56,785 bases of DNA from an uncultured Eubacteriales bacterium (GCA_900320735.1 ONTJ01000031.1:1-56785); one strand, 5' to 3'; counted from the first letter of the stretch, positions 17,903 to 28,552 are shown. Numbers and translations: made by a program. The notes: generated from the sequence alone by a model not told the origin.

Positions 17903-19858
17903 ATGAAAAAAAATATATTTTTTATTATAGTTTTCTTATGTTTTCTTCCTTTAACTATTAAAAATGTATATGCACTTGATTCGACATATACAAATGGTAT
18001 TGTTAATAATAGAGGCGTAAATGTAAGAACTGGTCCTGGGACTAATTACGCAGTTGTAAAAACTAATACATATTCAAATATAACTGTTTCTTATCCTGAA
18101 GGTGTGGAAGTTCTTTCACACACCAATGGTTGGACACAAATAAGATTATTATATAATGGCTTTTTATATACTGGTTATATAAGTAGTCAATATTTAGATG
18201 AGACTACATATAATTTAGATATTAATTATTATAATAGCTTAATATCATCTGGTTTTCCTAGTGTATATGCTGAAAAACTTACAAAACTACATGCAGTAAG
18301 ACCTAATTGGAATTTTGTACCATCATTTACTAATGTAAGTTTAAATGATGCTGCACTTAATGAATATTCGCCAATTTATAAAAATTTAATAAGCACATCC
18401 GATACAAGATTACTATCTACCGATGGTGCAGCATATTCAAATGGAACTTATATTCAATTTGAACCAGGTTGGTATGCTCCAAGTATAGATACATTAAAAT
18501 ACTATATGGACCCTAGAAATTTCATTGACAACAGCCATATATTTATGTTTGAGCAATTGTCATATGACTCAAAGGTTACTGAAGCAGACGTTCAGAAAGT
18601 ATTAAATGGTTCATTTATGGAGGGAAGTTATTCATATAATGGCGAAATTTGGACATATGCTAAGACATTTTTAACAGTAGGTAAGGAATATGGTGTTAAT
18701 CCAGTTCATTTAGCAGCTAGAGTACTTCAAGAACAAGGAATGAGTGGAAGTGCAACAGGTGCCATGAATGGCAGTGATGGTTTAATTTATCATAATTATT
18801 TTAATTTTGGTGCGACTGGTTCATCAGCTTCAGAAATAATAGGTAATGCTCTTAATTATGCAATGAAAAATGGTTGGAGTAATCCATATCTTGCAATAAA
18901 AGGTGGTGCAAGTGGAATAGCTAATGGGTACATATCAAATAGACAAGATACCCTTTATTATCAAAAATTTAACATTATAGGTGATGGTAAATATTGGCAC
19001 CAATATATGGCAAACATAACTGCTCCATATACTGAAAGTTATCAAACATACAAGTCATATTATAATTCAAATTTAATAAATACAGCATTTACATTTAAGA
19101 TACCAGTGTATTCAGATATGAAGGAACAGACAATTGTTCCACAAAAGAGTAATAACAATAACTTAAATAGTTTAAATATAACAAATTGTACTTTATCTCC
19201 AACATTTGATTCAGCAATAACAAGTTATACTTGTGAAGTTGAAAATAAAGTGGATAGTGTCAAGATAACTGGTACAATAGATAATTCAGCTAAAGTAAAA
19301 GGACTTGGAGATGTTAAGTTGTCCGAAGGAGAAAATAAAATAAAAATAGAGGTAACTGCAGAAAATGGTACTAACAAGACTTATGAAGTTGTCATAACTA
19401 GAAAAAAAGCAGAAGCTGGCAAGTCCACTCAAGTAGATGTAATTAAATCTGTTGGATTGAAAAACGACAATGATAATTTAACAGGTTTTACTCTAGGTAG
19501 TGATGTTAGTAGTATATCTAAGTTGATAAAAGACAAAAATTCTAATGTAACTATAAAAATCTTTGATTCTTCAGATAAAGCAATAACAAATGGACTTATT
19601 TCTACTGGTCAAAAGATTGAATTAACACTAAATAATTCTACTAAAAAATATAATGTTGTAGTTAGTGGTGATACAAATGGAGATGGAAAAATTGAAATAG
19701 GCGATTATTCAAAAATAAAAGCTTATATTCAAGGAAAAATAAAAATTGATGGAAGTTATTTATTAGCTTCTGACACAAATAGAGATGGAAAAATTGAAAT
19801 AGGTGATTATTCAAAAATAAAAGCTTATATTCAAGGAAGAATAAAATCGTTAGAGTAG
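17903..19858 (+). CDS. secreted peptidoglycan hydrolase (SH3 + glucosaminidase-like domain) with a cadherin-like beta-sandwich domain and a C-terminal type-I dockerin
   Basis: I prefer ATG 17903 (MKKNIFFIIVFLCFLPL is a signal peptide). The domains in order are an SH3-like segment (NNRGVNVRTGPGTNYAVV), a glucosaminidase-like segment (YGVNPVHLAARVLQEQG…NYFNFGA), a cadherin-like module (LNSLNITNCTLSPTFDSAITSYTCEV…KTYEVVITR), and a duplicated dockerin calcium-loop/helix (DTNGDGKIEIGDYSKIKAYIQG twice). Confidence 0.75.
   Translation: MKKNIFFIIVFLCFLPLTIKNVYALDSTYTNGIVNNRGVNVRTGPGTNYAVVKTNTYSNITVSYPEGVEVLSHTNGWTQIRLLYNGFLYTGYISSQYLDETTYNLDINYYNSLISSGFPSVYAEKLTKLHAVRPNWNFVPSFTNVSLNDAALNEYSPIYKNLISTSDTRLLSTDGAAYSNGTYIQFEPGWYAPSIDTLKYYMDPRNFIDNSHIFMFEQLSYDSKVTEADVQKVLNGSFMEGSYSYNGEIWTYAKTFLTVGKEYGVNPVHLAARVLQEQGMSGSATGAMNGSDGLIYHNYFNFGATGSSASEIIGNALNYAMKNGWSNPYLAIKGGASGIANGYISNRQDTLYYQKFNIIGDGKYWHQYMANITAPYTESYQTYKSYYNSNLINTAFTFKIPVYSDMKEQTIVPQKSNNNNLNSLNITNCTLSPTFDSAITSYTCEVENKVDSVKITGTIDNSAKVKGLGDVKLSEGENKIKIEVTAENGTNKTYEVVITRKKAEAGKSTQVDVIKSVGLKNDNDNLTGFTLGSDVSSISKLIKDKNSNVTIKIFDSSDKAITNGLISTGQKIELTLNNSTKKYNVVVSGDTNGDGKIEIGDYSKIKAYIQGKIKIDGSYLLASDTNRDGKIEIGDYSKIKAYIQGRIKSLE
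19681..19838 (+). repeat. internal duplication encoding the two dockerin segments
   Basis: AGATGGAAAAATTGAAATAGG(C/T)GATTATTCAAAAATAAAAGCTTATATTCAAGGAA occurs at 19681-19736 and again at 19783-19838, an offset of 102 nt. Confidence 0.9.
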
Positions 19859-19867
19859 GTGAATATA

Positions 19868-21361
19868 ATGAAAAAAATTAAAATTATTGGCTTGTTTTTA
19901 GTAGGATTATTTATCCTACCAAAACAGGTATTCGCATTTTCTGCAAGCGTTAGGTGTTCTGCACCTAGCAGTGTAACAGTTGGTCAATCATTTACTGTAA
20001 CTATATCTGGAAGTTCAAGTACTGCAACTGATTGGGCAGCAAATGGCGCGGTGAATTCTAGTTCAAATTTGAGATTAACAAGTGGAGATACAGGAAGTGG
20101 TTTATGGTTTGATGATAAATCTTCAATAAGTAAATCATACACTTTTAGTGCTTTAAGTGAAGGAACAGCTACTGTAAGCCAGTCATTTAAAGTAACAAAT
20201 CAAGATGACTTTACAAGTCCAACATACAACTCGAATACATGTACAATAAATATTGTAAAACCAGCACCTGCTACGCCTAAGGTTCAAGCATCTGTAAATA
20301 ATGTTCAAAAAAATAATAATACATCAAATACAAAGAGCAGTGAATCTTCTGATAATTCATTAAAATCGTTATCGATAGATGGTTTTAAGTTAAATCCGGA
20401 TTTTGATAAAGATATACTTGAATATACACTTGATTTATCATCAGATACAAAAAGTATAAAAATAATTGCTGAAAAAAATGATGAAGAAGCAACAGTATCT
20501 GGTGATGGAGAAGTAGAAGTAAAAGAAGGACAAAATACTTTTCAAATATTAGTAACAGCCGAAAATGGTGAATCTAGGACTTATACTATAACAGCAAATG
20601 TTCAAGAAAGTTCATCGATTACCGTAAACATAGGTGGTAAAAAGTATACTGTATTAAAAAAAATAATTGGGCTTGATGCACCAACAGGTTTTGAAAAGAA
20701 AAATATTCAAATAGATAAAACTGAAATAGAAAGTTTTTATAATAAGAAAATAAACTATTCATTAGTGGCACTTAAAGATAATATTGGCAACATCTCACTT
20801 TTTATATATGATGCCCGCTCAGATGAATACATGAAGTATTCTCCTATAGTATCAGATAGTTTTACTATAGTAATATTATCGGCTAATGAAAAAAATATAC
20901 CTCATAATTATCATAAGAGTAAATTTAAATATAATAATGATGAGGTAATTGGATATGCAATAGATGAAAAATCAGATTTCAGATTAATTTATGGTATTAA
21001 TGCTGAAACTGGCAAAAAAGGTTTCTATTTGTATGATACAAAATATAATACAGTTCAAAGATTTGATAATGATCAAGTAAAACTATATAAACGATTACTT
21101 GAAAAATTAAATTTAGCATTTATCATATTTGGATCAGCAATATTATTTTTAATTATCGTAATAATAATATTACTTTCAAAAAATGCAAAATTTAAAAGTA
21201 AATATTTAAAATATAGATTAAATGATATTGATAATCCTACATCTAATGAAATAAAATATCAGGAATTAGAGGGTACAAAAACAATGACAGCTATAGAATT
21301 GAATGATAAAAAAGACAAGAAGAACAAAAAGAAAAAAGAAAAAACATTTTTAGATGAATAA
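19868..21361 (+). CDS. secreted, C-terminally membrane-anchored protein with an Ig/cohesin-like N-domain and a cadherin-like beta-sandwich domain
   Basis: I prefer ATG 19868 (MKKIKIIGLFLVGLFILPKQVFA is a signal peptide). A beta-rich N-domain (VTVGQSFTVTISGSS…) is followed by a P/S/N linker and a cadherin-like module (LKSLSIDGFKLNPDFDKDILEYTLDL…RTYTITANV). A C-terminal TM helix (LAFIIFGSAILFLIIVIIILL) and a K-rich tail complete it. Confidence 0.7.
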   Translation: MKKIKIIGLFLVGLFILPKQVFAFSASVRCSAPSSVTVGQSFTVTISGSSSTATDWAANGAVNSSSNLRLTSGDTGSGLWFDDKSSISKSYTFSALSEGTATVSQSFKVTNQDDFTSPTYNSNTCTINIVKPAPATPKVQASVNNVQKNNNTSNTKSSESSDNSLKSLSIDGFKLNPDFDKDILEYTLDLSSDTKSIKIIAEKNDEEATVSGDGEVEVKEGQNTFQILVTAENGESRTYTITANVQESSSITVNIGGKKYTVLKKIIGLDAPTGFEKKNIQIDKTEIESFYNKKINYSLVALKDNIGNISLFIYDARSDEYMKYSPIVSDSFTIVILSANEKNIPHNYHKSKFKYNNDEVIGYAIDEKSDFRLIYGINAETGKKGFYLYDTKYNTVQRFDNDQVKLYKRLLEKLNLAFIIFGSAILFLIIVIIILLSKNAKFKSKYLKYRLNDIDNPTSNEIKYQELEGTKTMTAIELNDKKDKKNKKKKEKTFLDE

Positions 21362-21449
21362 AAATGTTTTTTTATACCATTATGTTTATGACATGATAGT
21401 TTATATGTTAAAAAAAGGTAATATGCGGGATGCTATTATTCTTTTTTTA

Positions 21450-21458
21450 TGTTATAAT
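21450..21458 (+). promoter_or_regulatory. extended -10 promoter (TGtTATAAT)
   Basis: TGTTATAAT lies 19 nt upstream of ATG 21477. Confidence 0.4.
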
Positions 21459-21476
21459 TTTCTATAGGAGAATAAT

Positions 21477-22496
21477 ATGAAAAAGCAGTATATAAATTTT
21501 TTGAAATTCATTTCTATAATACTTGTAATATGTATCCATATAATATCAAAATTATGGAATATATATCCACTAACATCAAATGAATTTAGGATACTTACAA
21601 TGCTAGATTGCTTTTGTAGAATATGTGTTCCTATATTTGCTATGTGTAGCGGAGTTATCTTCTTAAATAGAAATGACAAGCCTAAAAATATATTTTTGAA
21701 ATATATTTTAAAAATATATCTAATATTTATCATATTTAATTTGCTATACAAAATATTTGATTATATATATATTAAAGACGGTATTATTAATGTAAAAATA
21801 ATTTTTAATTTTATATTAGACAGTATATTACTTAAATCTATATACCACTTATGGTATTTAAAAATAGTTATTATTATTTATTCGTCAATTTTAATATTTA
21901 AGTATTTTATAAATAAGAATAAAAGATATATTGAAAACATATTATTATTTTTATTAATAACTTTATTTATTGTACTTCCAACATTCATAACTAATGCATA
22001 TTATGTTGAAATTGTTAACTTAATTGGATATATTACATATTTTTATTTGGGGTATTATCTATATAAATACAAAAATTTAAAAATGCTACTATTCCTTTTT
22101 ATATTAAGTATAATTTCATATATAGACATGTACAATAATACAATAAATTCAAGTGAAAAAACAGAATATTTTATGAGATATCTATCGATAAATGTTTGCA
22201 CAATGTCTAGTTTTGTATTTTTATTTGTATCTAGAATAGAAAATGTATTTGAAAAAGATAAAATTAAGAAAATTTTAAATTTCGAATCAAAACATAATTT
22301 CAATATTTATCTGATTCACGGTTTTGTAATTGGTGGATTACAATATATAAAATTAATAGACATCTATAATTATAAAAATATATATTGTATCTTTGTCTAT
22401 GTAATAATTACTTACATAATATGCTTAATTGTCTCAGTAGTGGCAGTTAAAACATTAAATATATTAAATAGAAAATGCAAATTGATTAAAGAATAA
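21477..22496 (+). CDS. membrane acyltransferase (acyltransferase-3 family), likely glycopolymer O-acylation
   Basis: 339 aa with about 10 TM helices. The N-terminus FLKFISIILVICIHI resembles the conserved His-containing first helix of the Acyl_transf_3 family. It sits at the head of the glycopolymer locus. Confidence 0.6.
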   Translation: MKKQYINFLKFISIILVICIHIISKLWNIYPLTSNEFRILTMLDCFCRICVPIFAMCSGVIFLNRNDKPKNIFLKYILKIYLIFIIFNLLYKIFDYIYIKDGIINVKIIFNFILDSILLKSIYHLWYLKIVIIIYSSILIFKYFINKNKRYIENILLFLLITLFIVLPTFITNAYYVEIVNLIGYITYFYLGYYLYKYKNLKMLLFLFILSIISYIDMYNNTINSSEKTEYFMRYLSINVCTMSSFVFLFVSRIENVFEKDKIKKILNFESKHNFNIYLIHGFVIGGLQYIKLIDIYNYKNIYCIFVYVIITYIICLIVSVVAVKTLNILNRKCKLIKE

Positions 22497-22536
22497 CAAT
22501 ATGATAAAATTATATATGAAATAAGGTGAAAATTGT

Positions 22537-23256
22537 ATGTATGAATATTTTAAAAAAATGTATAAGGAAGATTCAAAAAAATTGTTTTCGTTGCTTGAAG
22601 ATAATTTAAAAACAAATAAAAAAACATTTATTGTGACCGCAAATCCTGAAACATTTTCACATGGCAAGGATGAGGAGTTTAACAAATTGTTACTAGATGA
22701 TATAACAACAATTATTCCAGATGGCATTGGACTTGTTAAGGCAGCAAAAATGCTTGATATTAATGTGAAAGAAAGAATACCAGGGATAGATATTTCAGTA
22801 AAGTTGTTAGAATTTTTAAATAAATACTCCAAAAAACTATATATATTTGGATCAAAACAAGAAGTAATTGATCAGATGAAAGTAATTATCCAAACAAAAT
22901 ATCCTAATATAGATTTAGTTGGAATGACTAACGGGTATGTAAAGGATAAAGATTTAGTTATGAAACAAATAAAAAAATTGAATCCGGATGTAGTTATGGT
23001 AGCACTAGGAGTACCAGCACAAGAAAAATTAATCTATAAACATATAATGGAATTTGATAAAGGAATATTTATTGGGGTTGGAGGTTCATTTGATGTACTT
23101 AGTGGTTCAAAAAAAAGAGCTCCAAAATTATTTATAAAATTAAACTTGGAATGGCTATATAGAATATGTAGGGAACCATCAAGATTTAAGAGATTTTATA
23201 AAAACAATATTAAATTTATTTTCAAAATAAAAAAATTAAAAAAACAAAATAAATAG
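22537..23256 (+). CDS. tagA: WecB/TagA/CpsF-family glycosyltransferase (probable ManNAc transferase for the linkage unit)
   Basis: 239 aa with family motifs: VTANPETF, IIPDGIGLVKAAKML, ERIPGIDI, LGVPAQEK and LEWLYRICREPSRFKRF. A UDP-GlcNAc 2-epimerase gene lies in the same locus. Confidence 0.8.
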   Translation: MYEYFKKMYKEDSKKLFSLLEDNLKTNKKTFIVTANPETFSHGKDEEFNKLLLDDITTIIPDGIGLVKAAKMLDINVKERIPGIDISVKLLEFLNKYSKKLYIFGSKQEVIDQMKVIIQTKYPNIDLVGMTNGYVKDKDLVMKQIKKLNPDVVMVALGVPAQEKLIYKHIMEFDKGIFIGVGGSFDVLSGSKKRAPKLFIKLNLEWLYRICREPSRFKRFYKNNIKFIFKIKKLKKQNK

Positions 23257-23271
23257 AATGCAGGTGTAATA

Positions 23272-24474
23272 ATGAAAGAAAAAATTAAATTAATATTTGA
23301 TAAGTTTATTATAATATTTTTATTATTACAACCATTTATTGATGCATTTACCATGCTACAAATACGATATGAAGTAAATAATATAACAGCTTCTATGATA
23401 TTTAGATTTATATTTTTTATGATTATGCTACTGTACATTATAAAAAATAAAAAGCTAAGAAAATATGGCATTATTTTTAGTGTATATTTTATATTTCAGA
23501 TAATATTCATGTCTCTACATATGAAAAATAGTATAAGTATGGAAATATCAAATATATTTCAAATATTTTATCTTCCATTAGCTATATTATTTTTTAATAA
23601 ATACGAAAACAAAAAAATAAATGATAGATTGATTTTGATAATTAATTTTATATATATTAGTATGATTATAGTTCCGTATTTATTTCACTTTGGTGTATAT
23701 GCATCTGACTTATACAAGGAAAAAAGTGGATTCTATGGACTATTTTATGGTGGCAATGAAATAAGTATGATATTACTTGCTTTATTTCCTATATCTGTAA
23801 AGGCATTATGTAATATAAAAAATATATTAATAAAAATTATTTATATAGTTTCGCTTGCATTAGCGACATTACTTATTGCGACAAAAACATTATTGCTTGG
23901 AATAATTATTGTATTTATATATTATGCTATTAAATATTTAAAAGCAAACATAAAATTGATGAATAAAGGTAAGAAAATGTTAATAATATCATCCATATTA
24001 GCTATATTATTAGTAATGATTATACTAATACCTAAAACAGCTATGTATAGCAATATAAAACTTGCAATGAAAACTTTTAGGGTAAGTGATAAAAATTTAT
24101 TTTCAATTTATAGTCTTGATAAAATAGTATTTAGCGGTAGACTTGGATTTTTAAAAAATATAAATAACATATATATGAATTCAGGACTTCTTTCAATGCT
24201 ATTTGGTCTTGGTAAAACATTAATAGTGAACGTAAAAATAATAGAAATAGATATATTCGATTTATTTTATAGTGTGGGTATAATTGGCTTTTTGATATAT
24301 GTATTATATATGGTTAGAAGTATGAAACAAATAAGACTAAAAAATGTATATAAATTTGATTTTATATTTTTATTAATAATCTCATTGGTAGTAGGCCATA
24401 TATTACTTGCCGTTAATGTTTCAATATTTTTAGCACTTCTTGTTATATTGAATAAGAATAATGAAATGGAGTAG
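23272..24474 (+). CDS. polytopic membrane protein, O-antigen ligase/polymerase-like
   Basis: 400 aa with about 10-12 TM helices and one larger loop, located in the glycopolymer locus. The family call rests on topology and context only. Confidence 0.5.
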   Translation: MKEKIKLIFDKFIIIFLLLQPFIDAFTMLQIRYEVNNITASMIFRFIFFMIMLLYIIKNKKLRKYGIIFSVYFIFQIIFMSLHMKNSISMEISNIFQIFYLPLAILFFNKYENKKINDRLILIINFIYISMIIVPYLFHFGVYASDLYKEKSGFYGLFYGGNEISMILLALFPISVKALCNIKNILIKIIYIVSLALATLLIATKTLLLGIIIVFIYYAIKYLKANIKLMNKGKKMLIISSILAILLVMIILIPKTAMYSNIKLAMKTFRVSDKNLFSIYSLDKIVFSGRLGFLKNINNIYMNSGLLSMLFGLGKTLIVNVKIIEIDIFDLFYSVGIIGFLIYVLYMVRSMKQIRLKNVYKFDFIFLLIISLVVGHILLAVNVSIFLALLVILNKNNEME

Positions 24475-24477
24475 ATT

Positions 24478-25545
24478 ATGAAAAAAGTATTATTTTGTGC
24501 ATACAATCTTGATGTTGGTGGAATTGAAAATGCACTTATAAATTTATTAAATAATTTTAATTATGATAAATACGATGTAACACTTATCTTAGAAAAAAAA
24601 GAAGGAATATTCTTAAATAGACTAAATAAAAAGGTAAAAGTAGAAGAATATAAGGTAAGTGAAAGTAAAAATATATTACTTAGAAAATTTAAAAATTTAG
24701 GAAAACGAATTATATGGTTGATTAAGAATTATCATAAATATGATTTTTCATGTTGTTATGCAACATATTCACTACCATGCAATGTACTAAGTAAATATGC
24801 ATCTAAAAATAATCTATTTTATATTCACAGTAATTACAGCTTTATATATGATTCAGAAAACTTAAAAAAATTTTTTGATGAAAGAAAAATAGAAAAATAT
24901 AAAAATATAGCGTTTGTATCAAATGAATCCAGAGAAGATTTAATAAAATATTATCCATCGATCAAACAAAATTCATATGTTATAAATAATTTAGTAAATT
25001 ATGAAAAAATAGAAGAAATGTCTAATGAAAAAATAGAGGAAGAAAAAATTTCAGATTTACTATTTGTATTTGTGGGTAGGCTCGAAGAACATTCAAAGAA
25101 AATATCTAGAATGATATCTGTAATTAGTAAAATAGAAAATGCAGCTTTGTGGATAATAGGAGATGGAAAAGATAGAAAAAAATATGAGAATATGATAAAA
25201 AATATTTCTAATGTCAAATTGCTTGGTTTAAGGGAAAATCCTTATCCATATATAAAATGTGCAGATTATGTTATCTTAACTAGTGATTATGAAGGGTTTC
25301 CAGTTGTTTATAATGAGGCAATTGTATTAAATACACCAATAATAACAACATTAAATCTAAGTGATGATTACATATCTATAAAAGATAGATTTGGTTATAT
25401 AGTTAGTAAAGATGAAAATGCTATGCTTAGTGAAATTAAAAATATAATTAAATATCATAATTTAAAAATGGAGAAAGTAGATTTTAAAAAAATAAACAGT
25501 TCTAGAATTGAAAAAATAGAATCATTAATAGAAGGTGGAAAATAA
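24478..25545 (+). CDS. GT4-family (GT-B fold) glycosyltransferase
   Basis: 355 aa. The N-terminus has the GGIENALINL motif. The C-domain reads FVGRLEEHSKK…YEGFPVVYNEA, which is EX7E-like. Confidence 0.75.
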   Translation: MKKVLFCAYNLDVGGIENALINLLNNFNYDKYDVTLILEKKEGIFLNRLNKKVKVEEYKVSESKNILLRKFKNLGKRIIWLIKNYHKYDFSCCYATYSLPCNVLSKYASKNNLFYIHSNYSFIYDSENLKKFFDERKIEKYKNIAFVSNESREDLIKYYPSIKQNSYVINNLVNYEKIEEMSNEKIEEEKISDLLFVFVGRLEEHSKKISRMISVISKIENAALWIIGDGKDRKKYENMIKNISNVKLLGLRENPYPYIKCADYVILTSDYEGFPVVYNEAIVLNTPIITTLNLSDDYISIKDRFGYIVSKDENAMLSEIKNIIKYHNLKMEKVDFKKINSSRIEKIESLIEGGK

Positions 25546-26471
25546 TGAAATTTAGTATAATAATACCTGCATACAATGTTGAAAAGTATATAGAAAGATG
25601 TTTAGATAGCATATTTTCAAATTCATATAAAAATTATGAAATTATTATAGTTAATGATGGTTCTACTGATAATGTTGAAGAAAAGATTAATAAGTATTTA
25701 GATAAATACAATAATATTATATATATAAAACAAGAAAATAAGGGACTTAGTGAAGCAAGAAATGAAGGTGTAAAAAAAGCAACTGGAGATTATTTATTAT
25801 TTGTAGATTCTGATGATTTCATTGAACCAGAGTTATTAGAAAAAATAAATAATTCAACTAAAAATAATCCAGATTTAATTAGATTTCAAGCAAAAGAAGT
25901 ATATGATGATAAAACAATAAATTATAATGAATCTGCTTTTGAAAATAAAAATGGTATTGAAGCATTTTCTTATATATTAAATTTTCATTTTGTAGAACCA
26001 GCATGTTTATATGCATATAATTTAAAATTTTATAAAGATAATGATTTTAAATTTACAAAAGGTATATATCATGAAGATTATGCATTAGTTCCATATATAA
26101 TAAATAAAGCAAATATAGTAAATTGTATTGATTATATAGGATATGATTATTATCAAAGAGGTAATAGTATAATGAATAATCCAGATTATTCTAAGACATT
26201 AAAAAAAGTAGATGACTTGTATAAAGGATTTAAAATATTAATTGATAAATCAAATAATATAAGTGGTGATAGAAAATTATATTATAGTTATATATCAAAT
26301 ATATTTGTTAAAAAAATATGTTCTTTAAATAAAGAAGATTATAAAAAATATAAAAAGATATTAAAAGAAGAAAAAGTATATGATTTGTTATTATCAAATA
26401 CACTGTCAAGAAAAATTAAAAAGATGTTAATAAAGATCAGTCCTAAATTATACTATAAATTGATTGGATAA
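25545..26471 (+). CDS. GT2-family glycosyltransferase
   Basis: 308 aa. FSIIIPAYNVEKYIERCLDSI, VNDGSTD and FVDSDD are classic GT-A/GT2 motifs. Confidence 0.85.
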   Translation: MKFSIIIPAYNVEKYIERCLDSIFSNSYKNYEIIIVNDGSTDNVEEKINKYLDKYNNIIYIKQENKGLSEARNEGVKKATGDYLLFVDSDDFIEPELLEKINNSTKNNPDLIRFQAKEVYDDKTINYNESAFENKNGIEAFSYILNFHFVEPACLYAYNLKFYKDNDFKFTKGIYHEDYALVPYIINKANIVNCIDYIGYDYYQRGNSIMNNPDYSKTLKKVDDLYKGFKILIDKSNNISGDRKLYYSYISNIFVKKICSLNKEDYKKYKKILKEEKVYDLLLSNTLSRKIKKMLIKISPKLYYKLIG

Positions 26472-26482
26472 AGGAGATATAT

Positions 26483-27412
26483 ATGAAAGTTAGTATAGTT
26501 GTACCAGTATATAATACGGGAAAGTATTTAAAAAAATGTATAGATTCACTATTAAATCAAAATTTTGATAATTATGAGATAATAATTATTAATGATAATA
26601 GTCCAGATGATAGTGAAGGAATAATACTTTCTTATAATAATCCAAAAATTATTTATATTAAGAATAGCGAAAATAAAGGAATTGGATATAATAGAAATTT
26701 AGGTATCGAAAAATCAAAAGGAAAATATATATGTTTTATTGATTCAGATGATTATGTTAGCAATAATTTTTTAAGTGAGCTGTATCTAGCATGTGAAAGT
26801 GAAAAATTAGACATGGCAATATGTGATTATAACTATGTAGATAATAATAAAATAAAACAAGTTAAACTTATAGACTTTAATACAACTAATCTAGATGAAA
26901 GTCCAGATTTAATTACAAAAATTCCTTTAGGCCCATGTAATAAGATGTACAGGAAAGATTTAATAATTTCGAATAATATAAGATTTGAAGAAAAATTAAA
27001 ATATGAAGATATTCCATTTGTAGGTGGTTCGCTATACTATTCAAATAAAATAGGTAAAGTAAATAAATTTCTTAATTATTTTACTGTTCATGAAAATAGT
27101 GAAACATCTACGAGAGATTTAAAAGTATTTGATATATTTAAGGAACTTGATAATCTAAGAAAAATATATAAGAATAAAAGTAAATATTTAGATGAATATA
27201 TAGTGTCTACAGTATTTAATTATACTATTCAGCAACGTTATCAAAAAGATAAAAAAATTGCTTATAGATTTATTGAAATGGCTTTTAAATATTTAAAGGA
27301 TAATGATATTGATTATAAAAATAGTAATTATATAAAATCAAGAGGACTAAAGGGGATACTAGAAAAAAATAAATTATTAACTAAAATATATTGTTTTATA
27401 TATAGAAAATAA
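26483..27412 (+). CDS. GT2-family glycosyltransferase (paralog of the preceding gene)
   Basis: 309 aa with VSIVVPVYNTGKYLKKCIDSL, INDNSPD and FIDSDD. Confidence 0.85.
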   Translation: MKVSIVVPVYNTGKYLKKCIDSLLNQNFDNYEIIIINDNSPDDSEGIILSYNNPKIIYIKNSENKGIGYNRNLGIEKSKGKYICFIDSDDYVSNNFLSELYLACESEKLDMAICDYNYVDNNKIKQVKLIDFNTTNLDESPDLITKIPLGPCNKMYRKDLIISNNIRFEEKLKYEDIPFVGGSLYYSNKIGKVNKFLNYFTVHENSETSTRDLKVFDIFKELDNLRKIYKNKSKYLDEYIVSTVFNYTIQQRYQKDKKIAYRFIEMAFKYLKDNDIDYKNSNYIKSRGLKGILEKNKLLTKIYCFIYRK

Positions 27413-27424
27413 GAAGGTATTGAT

Positions 27425-28552
27425 ATGAAAAAAATAACTATATTATGCTTACATTTGGATTATGGTGGAGTTGAGGTTGCCACAACTAATTTGGCAAATA
27501 TGCTATCAAATAATTATGATGTTGAAATAATTTCGTTTTATAATTTAAATGGTAAACCTGCATATAAATTAAACGATAATATAAAAGTTAAATATATATA
27601 TGATGGTAAACCAAATAGAGAAGAGATAAAAGATAGTATAAGAAAATTTAAAATTTTTACTCTCATAAAAGAGAGTATTAAATCCATAAAAATATTATAT
27701 AAGAAAAAATATAATATAATTGGTGAAATAAAAAAATGCAAAAGTGATTTAATAATTTCGACAAGAATAGAATTTACTGAACTACTTAATAAATATTATA
27801 AAGGCAATGCAGTACTCATTTCACAGGAACATCGCCATCATAATAATGATAAAAGGTATATAAAAAGAGTGCAAAATTCTCTTACTAACATAGACTACTA
27901 TATGCCTGTTTCAAAGAAAATGACTAAATTTTATAAAAACAAAGTCAAAACAAAAGTTATGTATGGTCCATTATGTGTAGATTATATTCCTGACAAAGAA
28001 ACTAAGAAAACAAGTAAAAATATCATTTCAATTGGAAGATTATCTCCTGAAAAAGGGTATTTAGATTTAATAGATGTTTTTAAAATAATACATCAAAAGG
28101 ATAATGAATGCATACTTCACATAATTGGTGATGGTATTGAAAGAAAATTAATAAAAGATAAAATAAAAGAATTAAAACTAAATAATTTTGTTAAGGTATA
28201 TGGTTATAAAGATAAGAGTTTCATTAGAGAAAAATTAAATGAAATGAGTTTATATTTAATGACATCATACGAAGAATCATTTGGACTTGTCTTACTTGAA
28301 GCAAGTGCATATGGAATACCATCAATTGCATTTGATTGTGCAGAAGGTGCAACAGAAATAATTAACAATGATGTTGATGGCTATTTAATAGAAAATAGAA
28401 ATAAAGAAAAAATGGCAGAAAAGGCACTTGAATTATTAGAAAATCGAAATAAGCTTGCTAATTTTGGACACAATGCAAGAACTAAATGCCTAGAATATTC
28501 ATATGAAAATGTAAAAGAAAAGTGGCTTAGTATAATTGATAAAATGATATAG
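27425..28552 (+). CDS. GT4-family glycosyltransferase
   Basis: 375 aa with DYGGVEVATTNLAN, IGRLSPEKGY and YEESFGLVLLEASAYGIPSIAFD. Confidence 0.85.
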   Translation: MKKITILCLHLDYGGVEVATTNLANMLSNNYDVEIISFYNLNGKPAYKLNDNIKVKYIYDGKPNREEIKDSIRKFKIFTLIKESIKSIKILYKKKYNIIGEIKKCKSDLIISTRIEFTELLNKYYKGNAVLISQEHRHHNNDKRYIKRVQNSLTNIDYYMPVSKKMTKFYKNKVKTKVMYGPLCVDYIPDKETKKTSKNIISIGRLSPEKGYLDLIDVFKIIHQKDNECILHIIGDGIERKLIKDKIKELKLNNFVKVYGYKDKSFIREKLNEMSLYLMTSYEESFGLVLLEASAYGIPSIAFDCAEGATEIINNDVDGYLIENRNKEKMAEKALELLENRNKLANFGHNARTKCLEYSYENVKEKWLSIIDKMI

